From: Candidatus Krumholzibacteriota bacterium
Lineage (GTDB): Bacteria; Krumholzibacteriota; Krumholzibacteriia; LZORAL124-64-63
DNA: 30,959 nt
Direction of reading: 5' to 3'
Assembly: GCA_039714075.1 (NCBI GenBank)
Contig: JBDLKA010000035.1
Span: 1 to 30,959 of the forward strand
Within the stretch, counting starts at the first letter, position 1, and each line of letters opens with the position of its first letter. The position numbers were made by a program, and so were the translations under genes. The notes beneath the pieces are model-generated. The model worked only from the letters and a program-made list of their open reading frames with translations, was not told where the DNA came from and did no database searches. This document shows, in pieces, positions 7,855 to 16,388 of this stretch.

Positions 7855-8870
7855 AGCGTCTGCTTGAACTGCCCGGACTTCCGAATGGCCTGCCGCACCG
7901 CCGCTTCATTGACCAGGGTGTTCGTCTCATCCACCACCGGACCGACCGTGTTGTCGTACTTGTCGTAGACCCATCGCAGGTACAGCTTGACCGAAATCAC
8001 CTTGGTGATGTTCGCAGTGAATGTATTCTCGAAGTCCACGTCCACGGTAGTTGTGTAACCGGCCAGATCATCGGGCAGCGGATTGGCCGGATCCGCAATG
8101 TTGAATCCGTCCTCGAAGGTACTCTTGCCGGAGAAGGCAAACGGCATGACGAAGGACAGCTTGGATTCCCAGTCCACCCGGCCGTCCAGGGCCCCTACCT
8201 TGTATTCGGTGATCCATTCCGCGCCGGCCTCGTTCGTGCTCTCGCTCTGGGTTTCGGTGGCGGGCGAGGGATTGAGGAAATACTTCCGGCTGTTCTGGAT
8301 GAAGGCCACGCCGACCCTGCTCATGAACTGGCGGTCTTCCTCGTCGATGAAGGTCCGGGAAATACCCGCGGATTCCTTGAAGGTCAAGGGATTGAAGCTC
8401 AACGAGCGCTGCTCGATATCGCTCAGATCCTCGAACATCGACTTGAAGTTGAAGGCGAAGTAGGGATTCCAGCCACTGTCGTAGGTCAGGCGGAACATCG
8501 ATTCGAAATCGATGAGATCGTCGGTCTTGTCGGGCCGTTTCCAGTACAGATCGCCGCCGGCGTCCCGTTCCTGGTTGTGGGTCTGGCCGTAAGCCAGTTT
8601 CAGGATGTTCCGCCAGTTGGTGCGTTCGGAAAACTGCTTCTCCAGGTTGGCGCTGAACTGGCCGTTCCAGACCACCGACCCCTTGTCCCCGCCGTTCCAG
8701 TTGTTGGTGTAGGAACTCTGCAGAATGTTCAGACTGACGTCGATTTCCTTCTGCCAAACGCCGATCTTGGATTCCTCCGCGGCCTCGTCCTGGGCCGCGG
8801 CCAGGCCGGCCAGGCCGGTAATCAGAGCCAGGGCGACCGCCACGGCCACCAATCGCTTCATTTCAAACAT
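7824..8870 (-). CDS. DUF3078-like outer-membrane beta-barrel protein
   Basis: AGGAGGAG RBS before the ATG at 8870; signal peptide ending AAA; Q..Y.NNW.GG, W.N.L.L.YG and K..D.I motifs; C-terminal alternating strand LALGFGYKWN. Confidence 0.75.
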   Translation of the reverse strand: MFEMKRLVAVAVALALITGLAGLAAAQDEAAEESKIGVWQKEIDVSLNILQSSYTNNWNGGDKGSVVWNGQFSANLEKQFSERTNWRNILKLAYGQTHNQERDAGGDLYWKRPDKTDDLIDFESMFRLTYDSGWNPYFAFNFKSMFEDLSDIEQRSLSFNPLTFKESAGISRTFIDEEDRQFMSRVGVAFIQNSRKYFLNPSPATETQSESTNEAGAEWITEYKVGALDGRVDWESKLSFVMPFAFSGKSTFEDGFNIADPANPLPDDLAGYTTTVDVDFENTFTANITKVISVKLYLRWVYDKYDNTVGPVVDETNTLVNEAAVRQAIRKSGQFKQTLALGFGYKWN

Positions 8871-8899
8871 GGACTTTCTCCTCCTGAGTTCTCCGTTGT

Positions 8900-9781
8900 T
8901 CAAGCTTCCGTCTTCTCCAGGTGCACGACCGTCTGCGGGAAGGGAATGTCGATGCCGGCGGCGTCGAAAGCTTCCTTCACGTTCTTGTGCATGTCCAGGT
9001 AGACTCCCCAGTAGTCGGCGGAATTCACCCAGGGCCGGAAAATGATGTTCACACTCGAATCGGCCAGTTCGCTCACCGCGATGGTCGTTTCGGGATCATC
9101 CAGGACCCGGCTGTCGTTCTTGGCCAGATCGGCGAGGATCTGCATGGCCCGGTTGTGGTCCGACCCGTAGCCGATGCCCATGACCATGTCCACACGGCGC
9201 GTATCGTACCCGTTGAAGTTCTTGATGGTGCCCCCGAAAACGGATCCGTTGGGCACGATGATCTTCACGTTGTCGGGCGTGCAGATGGTCGTCGAGAAGA
9301 TGGCGATCTCCACCACCTTGCCCTTGACCCCGGCGGCCTCGATGACATCGCCGGCCTTGAAGGGCCGGAACAGCAGCAGCATGACGCCCGAGGAGAAGTT
9401 GCCCAGGGTGCCCTGCAGGGCCATGCCGACGGCGAAACCGGCCGCACCGAGAATGGCCACGAAGCTGGCCGTCTGCACCCCGAACTTGCCGACAACCGCG
9501 ATCAGGGTGAACGCCATGATGGCGAAGTAGATGAGGCTGCCGACGAAGCCGGTCAGGCTGGGATCGACGCCCCGTTTGATCATGACCTTCTTGACGCTGT
9601 TGCGGATGGCGCCGGCGACGATGCGGCCGACAATCAGGATGGCCAGCGCCGTCAGGACCTGAATGGCGAAATCGGGTCCTTTTTCCGTCAACATGTTCAT
9701 CCACCTGGAAGGATCGGTCATCGATTCGGCGGCCGCTGCGGCCTCGGGACCGGCTTCGGCCTGACCCAGAAATGTCAACAT
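8900..9781 (-). CDS. mscS: Small-conductance mechanosensitive channel
   Basis: GAAGFAVGMALQGTLGNFSSG, RPFKAGD, IIVPNG, RRVD, LADSSVN, GIDIPFPQ. Confidence 0.95.
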   Translation of the reverse strand: MLTFLGQAEAGPEAAAAAESMTDPSRWMNMLTEKGPDFAIQVLTALAILIVGRIVAGAIRNSVKKVMIKRGVDPSLTGFVGSLIYFAIMAFTLIAVVGKFGVQTASFVAILGAAGFAVGMALQGTLGNFSSGVMLLLFRPFKAGDVIEAAGVKGKVVEIAIFSTTICTPDNVKIIVPNGSVFGGTIKNFNGYDTRRVDMVMGIGYGSDHNRAMQILADLAKNDSRVLDDPETTIAVSELADSSVNIIFRPWVNSADYWGVYLDMHKNVKEAFDAAGIDIPFPQTVVHLEKTEA

Positions 9782-9870
9782 TGGAATCCCCTTGGAAAGG
9801 TTTAAAAAAAATGTCCCGGTTCCCGGAAGAAAACCCCGGATCCACCAGGCAGGTCAAGTTTGAATAGGGA

Positions 9871-9898
9871 ATTCTAACTCCCAGGGGATACCGGTCAA
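9871..9898 (-). promoter_or_regulatory. Candidate sigma70 promoter for mscS and the DUF3078-like gene
   Basis: Minus strand reads TTGACC-N16-TAGAAT, about 90 bp upstream of the mscS start. Confidence 0.55.
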
Positions 9899-9955
9899 TT
9901 TAAATCTTGTTGAAAAATCTCCGATTATCCCTACAACCACATATGCCTACCTGAT

Positions 9956-11077
9956 TTATGGGATATCAAATATCACCACGTCGATGCGCCGGTTGAGAGC
10001 CCGACCTTCAGCCGTGCTGTTCAGGGCGATGGGCTTGTTCGGCCCGAAACCATCGGTGGCAATGCTCTCTTCGGCGCGACCGAGCTTCTGCTCCAGCAGG
10101 CGGGCCACCGATTCGGCACGGCGCCGCGACAGCCTCAGGTTGGCGTCATGGCCGCCGGTGTCGTCGGTATGACCTTCCACCCGGACCTGGCCCCCGGGGA
10201 ACATTTCGATGGCGGCAACGATCTTGTCCACCAAACCGTCCTGACCGGGGTTCAGGGAAGCGCTGCCCACACCGAAGGAAATGCCGTAGACCTGCATGAC
10301 GACTTCGCCCGCGCCGGTGACCAGTATTTCCCCCTCCTCGGCGGTGAGCGAGGAGCGGAGGGCGGTCACGGCTTCTTCACGTTTCTGCTTCTTTGTGAGC
10401 ACTGATTCGGCGGCGGAGCGATCGGCCTCGGCCACCCCCACGCGCAACTCGGACTCCCAAAGTTGGCGCCGCAGGGAGCTGACCTCGACTTCCAGGGCGG
10501 TGATCAGGGATTCCTGGGCGGCGGTCCGCCCCCCGACCGTTTCGCGGAACCGGCGGTTTTCCACCGTCAGGGAGTCGACCAGAACCTGCCGCTGGAGATT
10601 CGAATCATCAAGTTGATCGATGAGATCCCGGGCCAGATCCGTCCCGCTCAGCACGGGGTCCATGTCCACGCCGTAAAGGGTCCCGATTTCCGTCAGGGCC
10701 TGGTCGAACCGGCCCAGCAGCGCTTCCATGCCGCTTTTCCGGCTGCGCATGTCCTCGATGAAGGCGGCGGCGCCCACCAGACGCCGGCCATCGGTTCTGA
10801 GAGCCGCCCATTGTTCGGGTGAGGCCCCGTTCTTTTCGGCTGCGTCGAGACGGGAATCCAGGTCCCACCACGCGTGGGGCAATTGGCCCTTGGCCCCCAG
10901 TTTCTTGGCCTGTCGCATCAATTCACGGATTTCCGCCGCCGGGTCACCGGCACCCTCCTGGGCCAGCACGGGGGTACAGCCCAGCCCGCCGCCAAAGTGG
11001 GACGAACCGGACGGAACCACCGCCGCCAAAATCGAAAGGGCCAGAATCAAGACAGTCGCTTGAAGTTTCAAGATCAT
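9956..11077 (-). CDS. OmpA/MotB C-terminal domain protein with signal peptide and coiled coil
   Basis: F..GSA.L, VEGHTD..G...NLRLS.RRA.SV, G.G...P.A.N...GRA.NRRID; helical N-terminal half. Confidence 0.9.
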   Translation of the reverse strand: MILKLQATVLILALSILAAVVPSGSSHFGGGLGCTPVLAQEGAGDPAAEIRELMRQAKKLGAKGQLPHAWWDLDSRLDAAEKNGASPEQWAALRTDGRRLVGAAAFIEDMRSRKSGMEALLGRFDQALTEIGTLYGVDMDPVLSGTDLARDLIDQLDDSNLQRQVLVDSLTVENRRFRETVGGRTAAQESLITALEVEVSSLRRQLWESELRVGVAEADRSAAESVLTKKQKREEAVTALRSSLTAEEGEILVTGAGEVVMQVYGISFGVGSASLNPGQDGLVDKIVAAIEMFPGGQVRVEGHTDDTGGHDANLRLSRRRAESVARLLEQKLGRAEESIATDGFGPNKPIALNSTAEGRALNRRIDVVIFDIP

Positions 11078-12192
11078 TCCTCCAACCGGCTTCGGGAATC
11101 GGCCGGGGCCGCAACGGACCCAGCCGTCATCCCATCCTCGGTTTCTTTTCTGTGGACGACCTCCAGGGCCGTTTCCAACACCTGGTCATCAAAGATCCGG
11201 GTCATGCAATTGTAAAGGAGGCATTTTTCCTCCAGGCAGATCCGGCGGGCCGGGCAGGCCACATCCGGAACGAGCGCCCGGCTCAGCCGGCCCCGCGGGC
11301 CCCAGCGATCCGGGCTCATGGTCACCACCGGTGGGAACAAACCTACCGTCGCGCAACCCACCGCCGCGGCAATGTGCAACGGACCTGTCGAAGGACCGAT
11401 GAAAAGATCCCCCGCCGACAGGATGCCCAGGAACTCCCGCAGCGAGAACCTGTCCAGCAGAACATCGACCCCCTGGTTCAGATAGGTGGCCACAGCGGCA
11501 ACCGTGGCGCTGTCCGAGGCCGAGCCCGTGACAAAAACCCGCCACCCCGGGCGCCGGGCCAGGACGTTGGCAACCGCGGAAAAACGCGCGGGTTCCCAAT
11601 CCAGGGCCGATCCGCCGGAACCCGGATGGACAAAAACGACTTTTTCGGCCCCCTGAGCCTCTGTCCTGCGAAACTCCTGCCCGATTTCCTTCTGCCCCTC
11701 GGTCAGATGCAGGCGGGGTTCGGGGAAATCCCGGTTCTCCGAGCGGAACTGGTTCAGCCAACCGCCGGTCAGGCGGCGCGCCAAAGCCAGGTTGTGTTCC
11801 ATCTCGTGCCGCCGCCCACGGGAACGGGATTGCCACGAGCCCCGGTTCAGCAGGAACCAGCTCGAACCCTTGGAAAGGGGTCCGAACCGTTTCGAAATCC
11901 CCACCCTCTTCATCAGGCGGGCCAATTCCAACCGGTACTGGAGAATCACCACCGCGTCGAAGGCCTCCCGGCGCAGCCGGTCTTCCAGATCCGCCAGTTC
12001 CTGTTCGGTCTCATCCCCGGTCCAGGTCCAGACGGAATCGATGTGGGGATCGTTTTCCACCAGGGGCACCGATCCCGGCGCCACCATGGCCTGCACCTCC
12101 CAGTCGGGCCGCGCGGTCTTGATATCCTCGAAGACGGGCAGGGACAGGACCATGTCTCCCAGCCGGTCCGTTCTGACGATCAAAACCTTCAA
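11074..12192 (-). CDS. Glycosyltransferase family 9 (LPS heptosyltransferase-like)
   Basis: KVLIVRTDRLGDMVLSLP, HPGSGG...W and STGPLHIAAA motifs. The TTG start at 12192 overlaps the upstream TGA (TTGA); the ORF-finder extension to 12585 is spurious. Confidence 0.9.
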   Translation of the reverse strand: MKVLIVRTDRLGDMVLSLPVFEDIKTARPDWEVQAMVAPGSVPLVENDPHIDSVWTWTGDETEQELADLEDRLRREAFDAVVILQYRLELARLMKRVGISKRFGPLSKGSSWFLLNRGSWQSRSRGRRHEMEHNLALARRLTGGWLNQFRSENRDFPEPRLHLTEGQKEIGQEFRRTEAQGAEKVVFVHPGSGGSALDWEPARFSAVANVLARRPGWRVFVTGSASDSATVAAVATYLNQGVDVLLDRFSLREFLGILSAGDLFIGPSTGPLHIAAAVGCATVGLFPPVVTMSPDRWGPRGRLSRALVPDVACPARRICLEEKCLLYNCMTRIFDDQVLETALEVVHRKETEDGMTAGSVAAPADSRSRLEE

Positions 12193-12929
12193 CGGCGCCC
12201 CATCCGCCAAAGCTTGGTGTATTTGCTCAGGACGTAAAAACCGGAGGCCATGCACAGAACCGTACCGGGCAAACCGTCCAGGATGCCGCCCTTGAGCAGC
12301 CACATGCGCAGGAACGCCGCCTTGGCGCGAACCACGGCGCCGAACAGGCCGGCCCGGCGGCCCTGGGCATGCAGTTCCTCGGCGGCCAGGGTGGTGTACC
12401 GGTTCAACTTGTCGATGTACTGCTCCATGGTCTCGTAGGTGTAATGCAGCATCAGGCCGTCCAACCGGCCCACCGCACCGGTGGTCACCACCGCCTCGTG
12501 AACGGGTTTGTCGTTGAAACGCGCCCTTTCGCAGTCGAAAAGCCGGGTCACATATTCGGGATGCCAACCGCAATGCCTGATCCACTTGCCCAGAAACCGG
12601 CTCAACCGGTTGGCCATGAAGGCGGCCTCGTCCGGCTGGTCAGGTAGCGCTTCGATGGCGGCCTGCAACTCCGGTGTCACCTGCTCGTCCGAATCGATAC
12701 TCAGCACCCACCGGTTGCGGCACAGGTCGACCGCCTTCTGTTTGGTGGGCCCGAAACCAAGCCACTGTGTCTGGTGGAGAGCCGCGCCGTGCCGGGCGCA
12801 GACCTCGTCCGTGTTGTCGGAACTGCCCTGGTCCAACACGATGATCTCGTCCGCAAAGGCCACCGACTGCAGGCACCTGTCCAGGTCCGCCGCGGCGTTC
12901 AAGGTGATGATGGCCACTGAAATCTTCAC
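12189..12929 (-). CDS. Glycosyltransferase family 2 (KdtX/WaaE-like LPS core glucosyltransferase)
   Basis: ISVAIITLN, DEIIVLDQGSSDNT, W.GFG..K, WVLSIDSDE, VHE, K.NRYT, G.LDG..G. Confidence 0.9.
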   Translation of the reverse strand: MKISVAIITLNAAADLDRCLQSVAFADEIIVLDQGSSDNTDEVCARHGAALHQTQWLGFGPTKQKAVDLCRNRWVLSIDSDEQVTPELQAAIEALPDQPDEAAFMANRLSRFLGKWIRHCGWHPEYVTRLFDCERARFNDKPVHEAVVTTGAVGRLDGLMLHYTYETMEQYIDKLNRYTTLAAEELHAQGRRAGLFGAVVRAKAAFLRMWLLKGGILDGLPGTVLCMASGFYVLSKYTKLWRMGRR

Positions 12930-13966
12930 GCCGATTCCGCCTTTCGGGGCACGAGAATCACCTTGCCCACGTTCATCCGGTCCTCCAGGCGGCGGTGGGC
13001 GCGCCCGGCCTGGTCAAAGGGAACAACCGTGTCGATCACCGGGGCGATACGGCCGTCGCCCAGCATTTCCAGCAGTCGGGTCATCCAGTGCGAAGTGCGT
13101 GCCTGCTGATCCCACATCCGGCCCAGGTTCACCCCCGCGATGGACTTGTTGTCGTTCATCAACGTGACGGGATTCAACTGGAACCAGGGCACCCGGGCCA
13201 GGGTGCGCAACGCCGACAGGGTACCAGACCTTTTGCCGACCGCGGCACTGGAAAAACCGAACAGGACCAACCGGCCGCATTTGGCCAGGCTGCGATAACT
13301 CTCCATGATCCAGCGGCCGTGACGGGGCTCCAGGGCCACATCCACCCCCCGGCCGTCCGTGACGTCCCTTATTTCCTCCGCAAAATCCCGTCGGCTGGAA
13401 TCGAACACATGGATTAGCCCCTGCTCCTTCAGGTATTCGTGTTTCCCCGGCGACGCCGAACCGATGACCCGCGCCCCGGCCAGCCGGCACAACTGGATAA
13501 CCGCCTGGCCCACCCCGCCGGCGGCGGAATGGATCAGCACCAGGTCGCCCTCCGTAACCGGCGCCATGACCCTGACCATCTGCCAGGCGGTCAGGTAGTT
13601 GACCGGCACCGCCGCTGCGATTTCCGGCGTTACGGCGGCCGGTCTCTGCCAAACCAGTTCCCGGGGCAGGCAGACGAATTCACTGTAGCCCCCGAAATTG
13701 CACATCGCGACCACGGGAGCTCCGGCCAGGTCTTCCGGCACCCCGTCGCCCACCGCGTCAATCGTTCCGGCCACCTCGTAGCCGGCCACCGCCGGCAGGG
13801 CGGGCGCATCGGGATACAGTCCGCGCCGCATCATCACGTCCGCGAAATTGACCCCGGCCGCCTCCACGCGAATCCGCACCTGGCCCGCGGCGGGATCGGG
13901 TCGGGCGACCTCGCGGACCTCCATGACCCCGACTTCGCCTTTGCTGTTCATCCAGACCTGGAGCAT
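12926..13966 (-). CDS. Medium-chain dehydrogenase/reductase, VAT-1-like NADPH:quinone oxidoreductase
   Basis: GVNFAD..R.G.YP, GYE.AG, PVNYLTAW, HSAAGGVG, N.GKVIL. The ATG at 13966 follows an AAGGGG RBS. Confidence 0.9.
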   Translation of the reverse strand: MLQVWMNSKGEVGVMEVREVARPDPAAGQVRIRVEAAGVNFADVMMRRGLYPDAPALPAVAGYEVAGTIDAVGDGVPEDLAGAPVVAMCNFGGYSEFVCLPRELVWQRPAAVTPEIAAAVPVNYLTAWQMVRVMAPVTEGDLVLIHSAAGGVGQAVIQLCRLAGARVIGSASPGKHEYLKEQGLIHVFDSSRRDFAEEIRDVTDGRGVDVALEPRHGRWIMESYRSLAKCGRLVLFGFSSAAVGKRSGTLSALRTLARVPWFQLNPVTLMNDNKSIAGVNLGRMWDQQARTSHWMTRLLEMLGDGRIAPVIDTVVPFDQAGRAHRRLEDRMNVGKVILVPRKAESA

Positions 13967-13994
13967 GGTCGCATTTCCCCTTCCGGCGCCCCCG

Positions 13995-15803
13995 TCAATC
14001 GAAAGCGAATCCTCCGGGCTTGGTACCCGGCATTTCGATTTCGGGATAATCCACTCCGCCGATCTTGAACCCCAGGACAAACCCGCTTTCCTCCACGCTG
14101 TTCACGATACCGAAGCGCAGCTGGGTGGAAGGCAGAACCAGATCGGGGTTGTTGATCCGGAAACCCAGCCCGATGCTGGAATAGAATTTCTGCTGGACCA
14201 GGGGATCCTTTTCGCCCCCGATGGCTCCGACATCAGCATAGCCGAATACCATGAACCGGAACCCCATCAACGACCAGGGGGTGAACACCCGGGATTCAAG
14301 TTTCAGGATCACCCGCTGATTGCCTTTCACCTTGTTGTCGTCCAGACCGCGCAATCCCGTCTTGTTGCCCAGCAGGAGCGCGCGGTCCCAATTCCGGTTG
14401 AAGGCCAGGGTGTAGGTCAGAACGGAATAGAGACGATGATTGAATCGCTCCCCCCCCATCAGGCGCGTGATATAGACCCCGGCCAGGTTCAGGGACCCGT
14501 CCTCGACCACGTAGTCGTGGAAATATCCCCCCAGGTCGACCGCCCCCATGAAGATGTCGCCCTTGTTGCGCACCGACAGATAGGCCATCTGGAAAAAGGA
14601 ACTGGTGCGGTCGAAGAATTCGCGATCCTGATAGCCCCCGGACAGCTTGACGGTAAAGCCCGCGGGTAGATCCTCGGTTTCCCCCATCTTGAACAGGTAG
14701 CTTGTCTTGTAGTACTTCAACCTCTGATAGGTCACTCCGGCCAGATAATCCCTGGTATTGAGGAAGGCGGAATTCGTGTCCGCCGTGGCATGGGGACGCA
14801 CCCGGTAATCCTTCTTCCGGAACCTCGCCGCCGGAACCAGCATGGGACGGGCCGATTGTCCGGACGCCCGGACCCTGCTCAAGGCGACGGCGTGGCCGAC
14901 CCAATAGTCGCCCAGTTCGAATTTTTCCGGAACGCCCGCGTTGTCCCGAACATCGGTGTACTCCCACTGGCCCCCGCCCACCCACTTGATCCCCGGGTGA
15001 ACCAGGGTGCGCGTGAGTTCGGCCTGCCGGGACAGCTCCTGCCAGGAGTCTTCGAAATGGAGCCTGACATCGATGAAGGAGCCCCGCAGATTCCGTTTCC
15101 TCAGCCGCCCCTGGTAACCCAGATTGGGTTTCATGTCTCCCCGGTAGATCGCCTTGTTGTCCAGCCGGACCCCATAGCCGCCGATATTGGAAAAATAGAG
15201 ATTCGCCTCGTAGCGATCGACATCCTTGATGTTGCCCGTGACGCCGAAAGGCCACTTGTCCCTGGTTTCGACCACCACCGCGACCGTGTTGTCCCCTCCC
15301 ATCACCGGGGCCACGAGGATCCGCACATCGTTGATGAAATCCAACTCGCGCAGCATGCGTTCGGTATCGGCCAGCAGGAAGGGATCGACGGCCTGCCCGC
15401 GTTCGAAAAGGAGGTATTCCCTAATCAGGCGGTCCTTGGTGTAGGACTGGAAGGGTTTGGTCACGATGTTCAGGAGTTGCTGGCTGGTTCCCTGGTTCGA
15501 GTCCCAGTAGGGATCGAACCGTTCGACCTGATGGACCAGGACGACTTCGATGGTCTTGCCGATATAGGGGGCGTAACGGCTGACCACCTCGACCGCGCGG
15601 CCGTCCAGTTCATCACCCTGCTGGCTGGAACCTCCGAAATACCTTTTCAGAAGCTTGGTCAACCAGGAGCCGTCCTCCTGGTCGCTGTCCTGGGCCGTGA
15701 CCAGGGAATCGGGGCCGGCCGCGGTGGATTGGGCAACAGCACCTGTCACGTCCGTGATCCCGGACAGGCACAGGAAAAGCAAGCCGATGACCGCGGCCCG
15801 CAC
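13995..15803 (-). CDS. Omp85/BamA-TamA superfamily outer-membrane protein with a POTRA-like domain
   Basis: Signal peptide; 'T...LIREYLLF..G..D...L..TER.LR.L.F' POTRA-like segment; LRG loop; F...D.G and S.GLG.R strands. Confidence 0.7.
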   Translation of the reverse strand: MRAAVIGLLFLCLSGITDVTGAVAQSTAAGPDSLVTAQDSDQEDGSWLTKLLKRYFGGSSQQGDELDGRAVEVVSRYAPYIGKTIEVVLVHQVERFDPYWDSNQGTSQQLLNIVTKPFQSYTKDRLIREYLLFERGQAVDPFLLADTERMLRELDFINDVRILVAPVMGGDNTVAVVVETRDKWPFGVTGNIKDVDRYEANLYFSNIGGYGVRLDNKAIYRGDMKPNLGYQGRLRKRNLRGSFIDVRLHFEDSWQELSRQAELTRTLVHPGIKWVGGGQWEYTDVRDNAGVPEKFELGDYWVGHAVALSRVRASGQSARPMLVPAARFRKKDYRVRPHATADTNSAFLNTRDYLAGVTYQRLKYYKTSYLFKMGETEDLPAGFTVKLSGGYQDREFFDRTSSFFQMAYLSVRNKGDIFMGAVDLGGYFHDYVVEDGSLNLAGVYITRLMGGERFNHRLYSVLTYTLAFNRNWDRALLLGNKTGLRGLDDNKVKGNQRVILKLESRVFTPWSLMGFRFMVFGYADVGAIGGEKDPLVQQKFYSSIGLGFRINNPDLVLPSTQLRFGIVNSVEESGFVLGFKIGGVDYPEIEMPGTKPGGFAFD

Positions 15804-15806
15804 GTC

Positions 15807-16292
15807 TTACCTTCCGCAGCAGCGTTTGAACTTCTTGCCGCTGCCGCAAAGACAAGGGTCGTTGCGGCCCGTCTTGGGCTCTTCGCGCACCACGGGTTTC
15901 TTGGTCCCGGGCCGGCCCTCGGTAAACTTCCAGTCACCCTCCTCACGGCGGAATTCCGCCACCTCGTGATACTGCTTGTCCTCGCCGCCGTAGGTGTAAC
16001 TGGCCACGAACTCGACGGTGCCCGTTTCATCCTCGGGACCGCCGGATTCCGTGGCGAGGATTTCCAGACCGTGCCACTGGCTGTTCTCGGCCCAGTCGCG
16101 GGCGCCTTCAGCGTCCTCGTCCTTGCGGAAGTCCGGGTGGACCGACTGTTGGAGGAAGTCCATCTCCACCCGGGAATAGGCGGTGTAACGGGCGCGCATC
16201 AGTTCTTCGGCGGTGGCCGCGGCCCGTTCACCCTTGATGACCGGACCGCAGCAGTCGCCGAAATCCAGTTTAGTTCCACACGGACATTTCAT
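15807..16292 (-). CDS. ychJ: YchJ family protein with SEC-C metal-binding motifs
   Basis: N-terminal CPCG...[20 protein letters not shown]-terminal [18 protein letters not shown]. Alternative start at 16304. Confidence 0.9.
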   Translation of the reverse strand: MKCPCGTKLDFGDCCGPVIKGERAAATAEELMRARYTAYSRVEMDFLQQSVHPDFRKDEDAEGARDWAENSQWHGLEILATESGGPEDETGTVEFVASYTYGGEDKQYHEVAEFRREEGDWKFTEGRPGTKKPVVREEPKTGRNDPCLCGSGKKFKRCCGR

Positions 16293-16311
16293 TTCCCGCT
16301 CCATCGAGAGA

Positions 16312-16361
16312 GGGCCGCCGGATCCTGGATGACCATTTCTGGAGGTCCAGAGCGGCGGCCC
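16312..16361. repeat. Imperfect hairpin between the OPT gene and ychJ
   Basis: GGGCCGCCG (16312-16320) pairs with CGGCGGCCC (16353-16361), with an inner CTGGA/TCCAG pair. Confidence 0.5.
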
Positions 16362-16388
16362 GGTTATTTCCTTCTGTGCCTCGGACCG

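Noticed and set aside
9961..9977. GATATCA-like repeats at the end of the OmpA gene
   Set aside because: They lie inside coding sequence (VIFDIP), lack the 11-bp phasing and are not at a promoter.
12193..12585. N-terminal extension of the GT9 ORF overlapping GT2 (also extensions 5615-5791, 13967-14080, 18444-18557 and 18626-18709)
   Set aside because: Family homology and RBS positions begin at the downstream starts; the extensions are ORF-finder artefacts.
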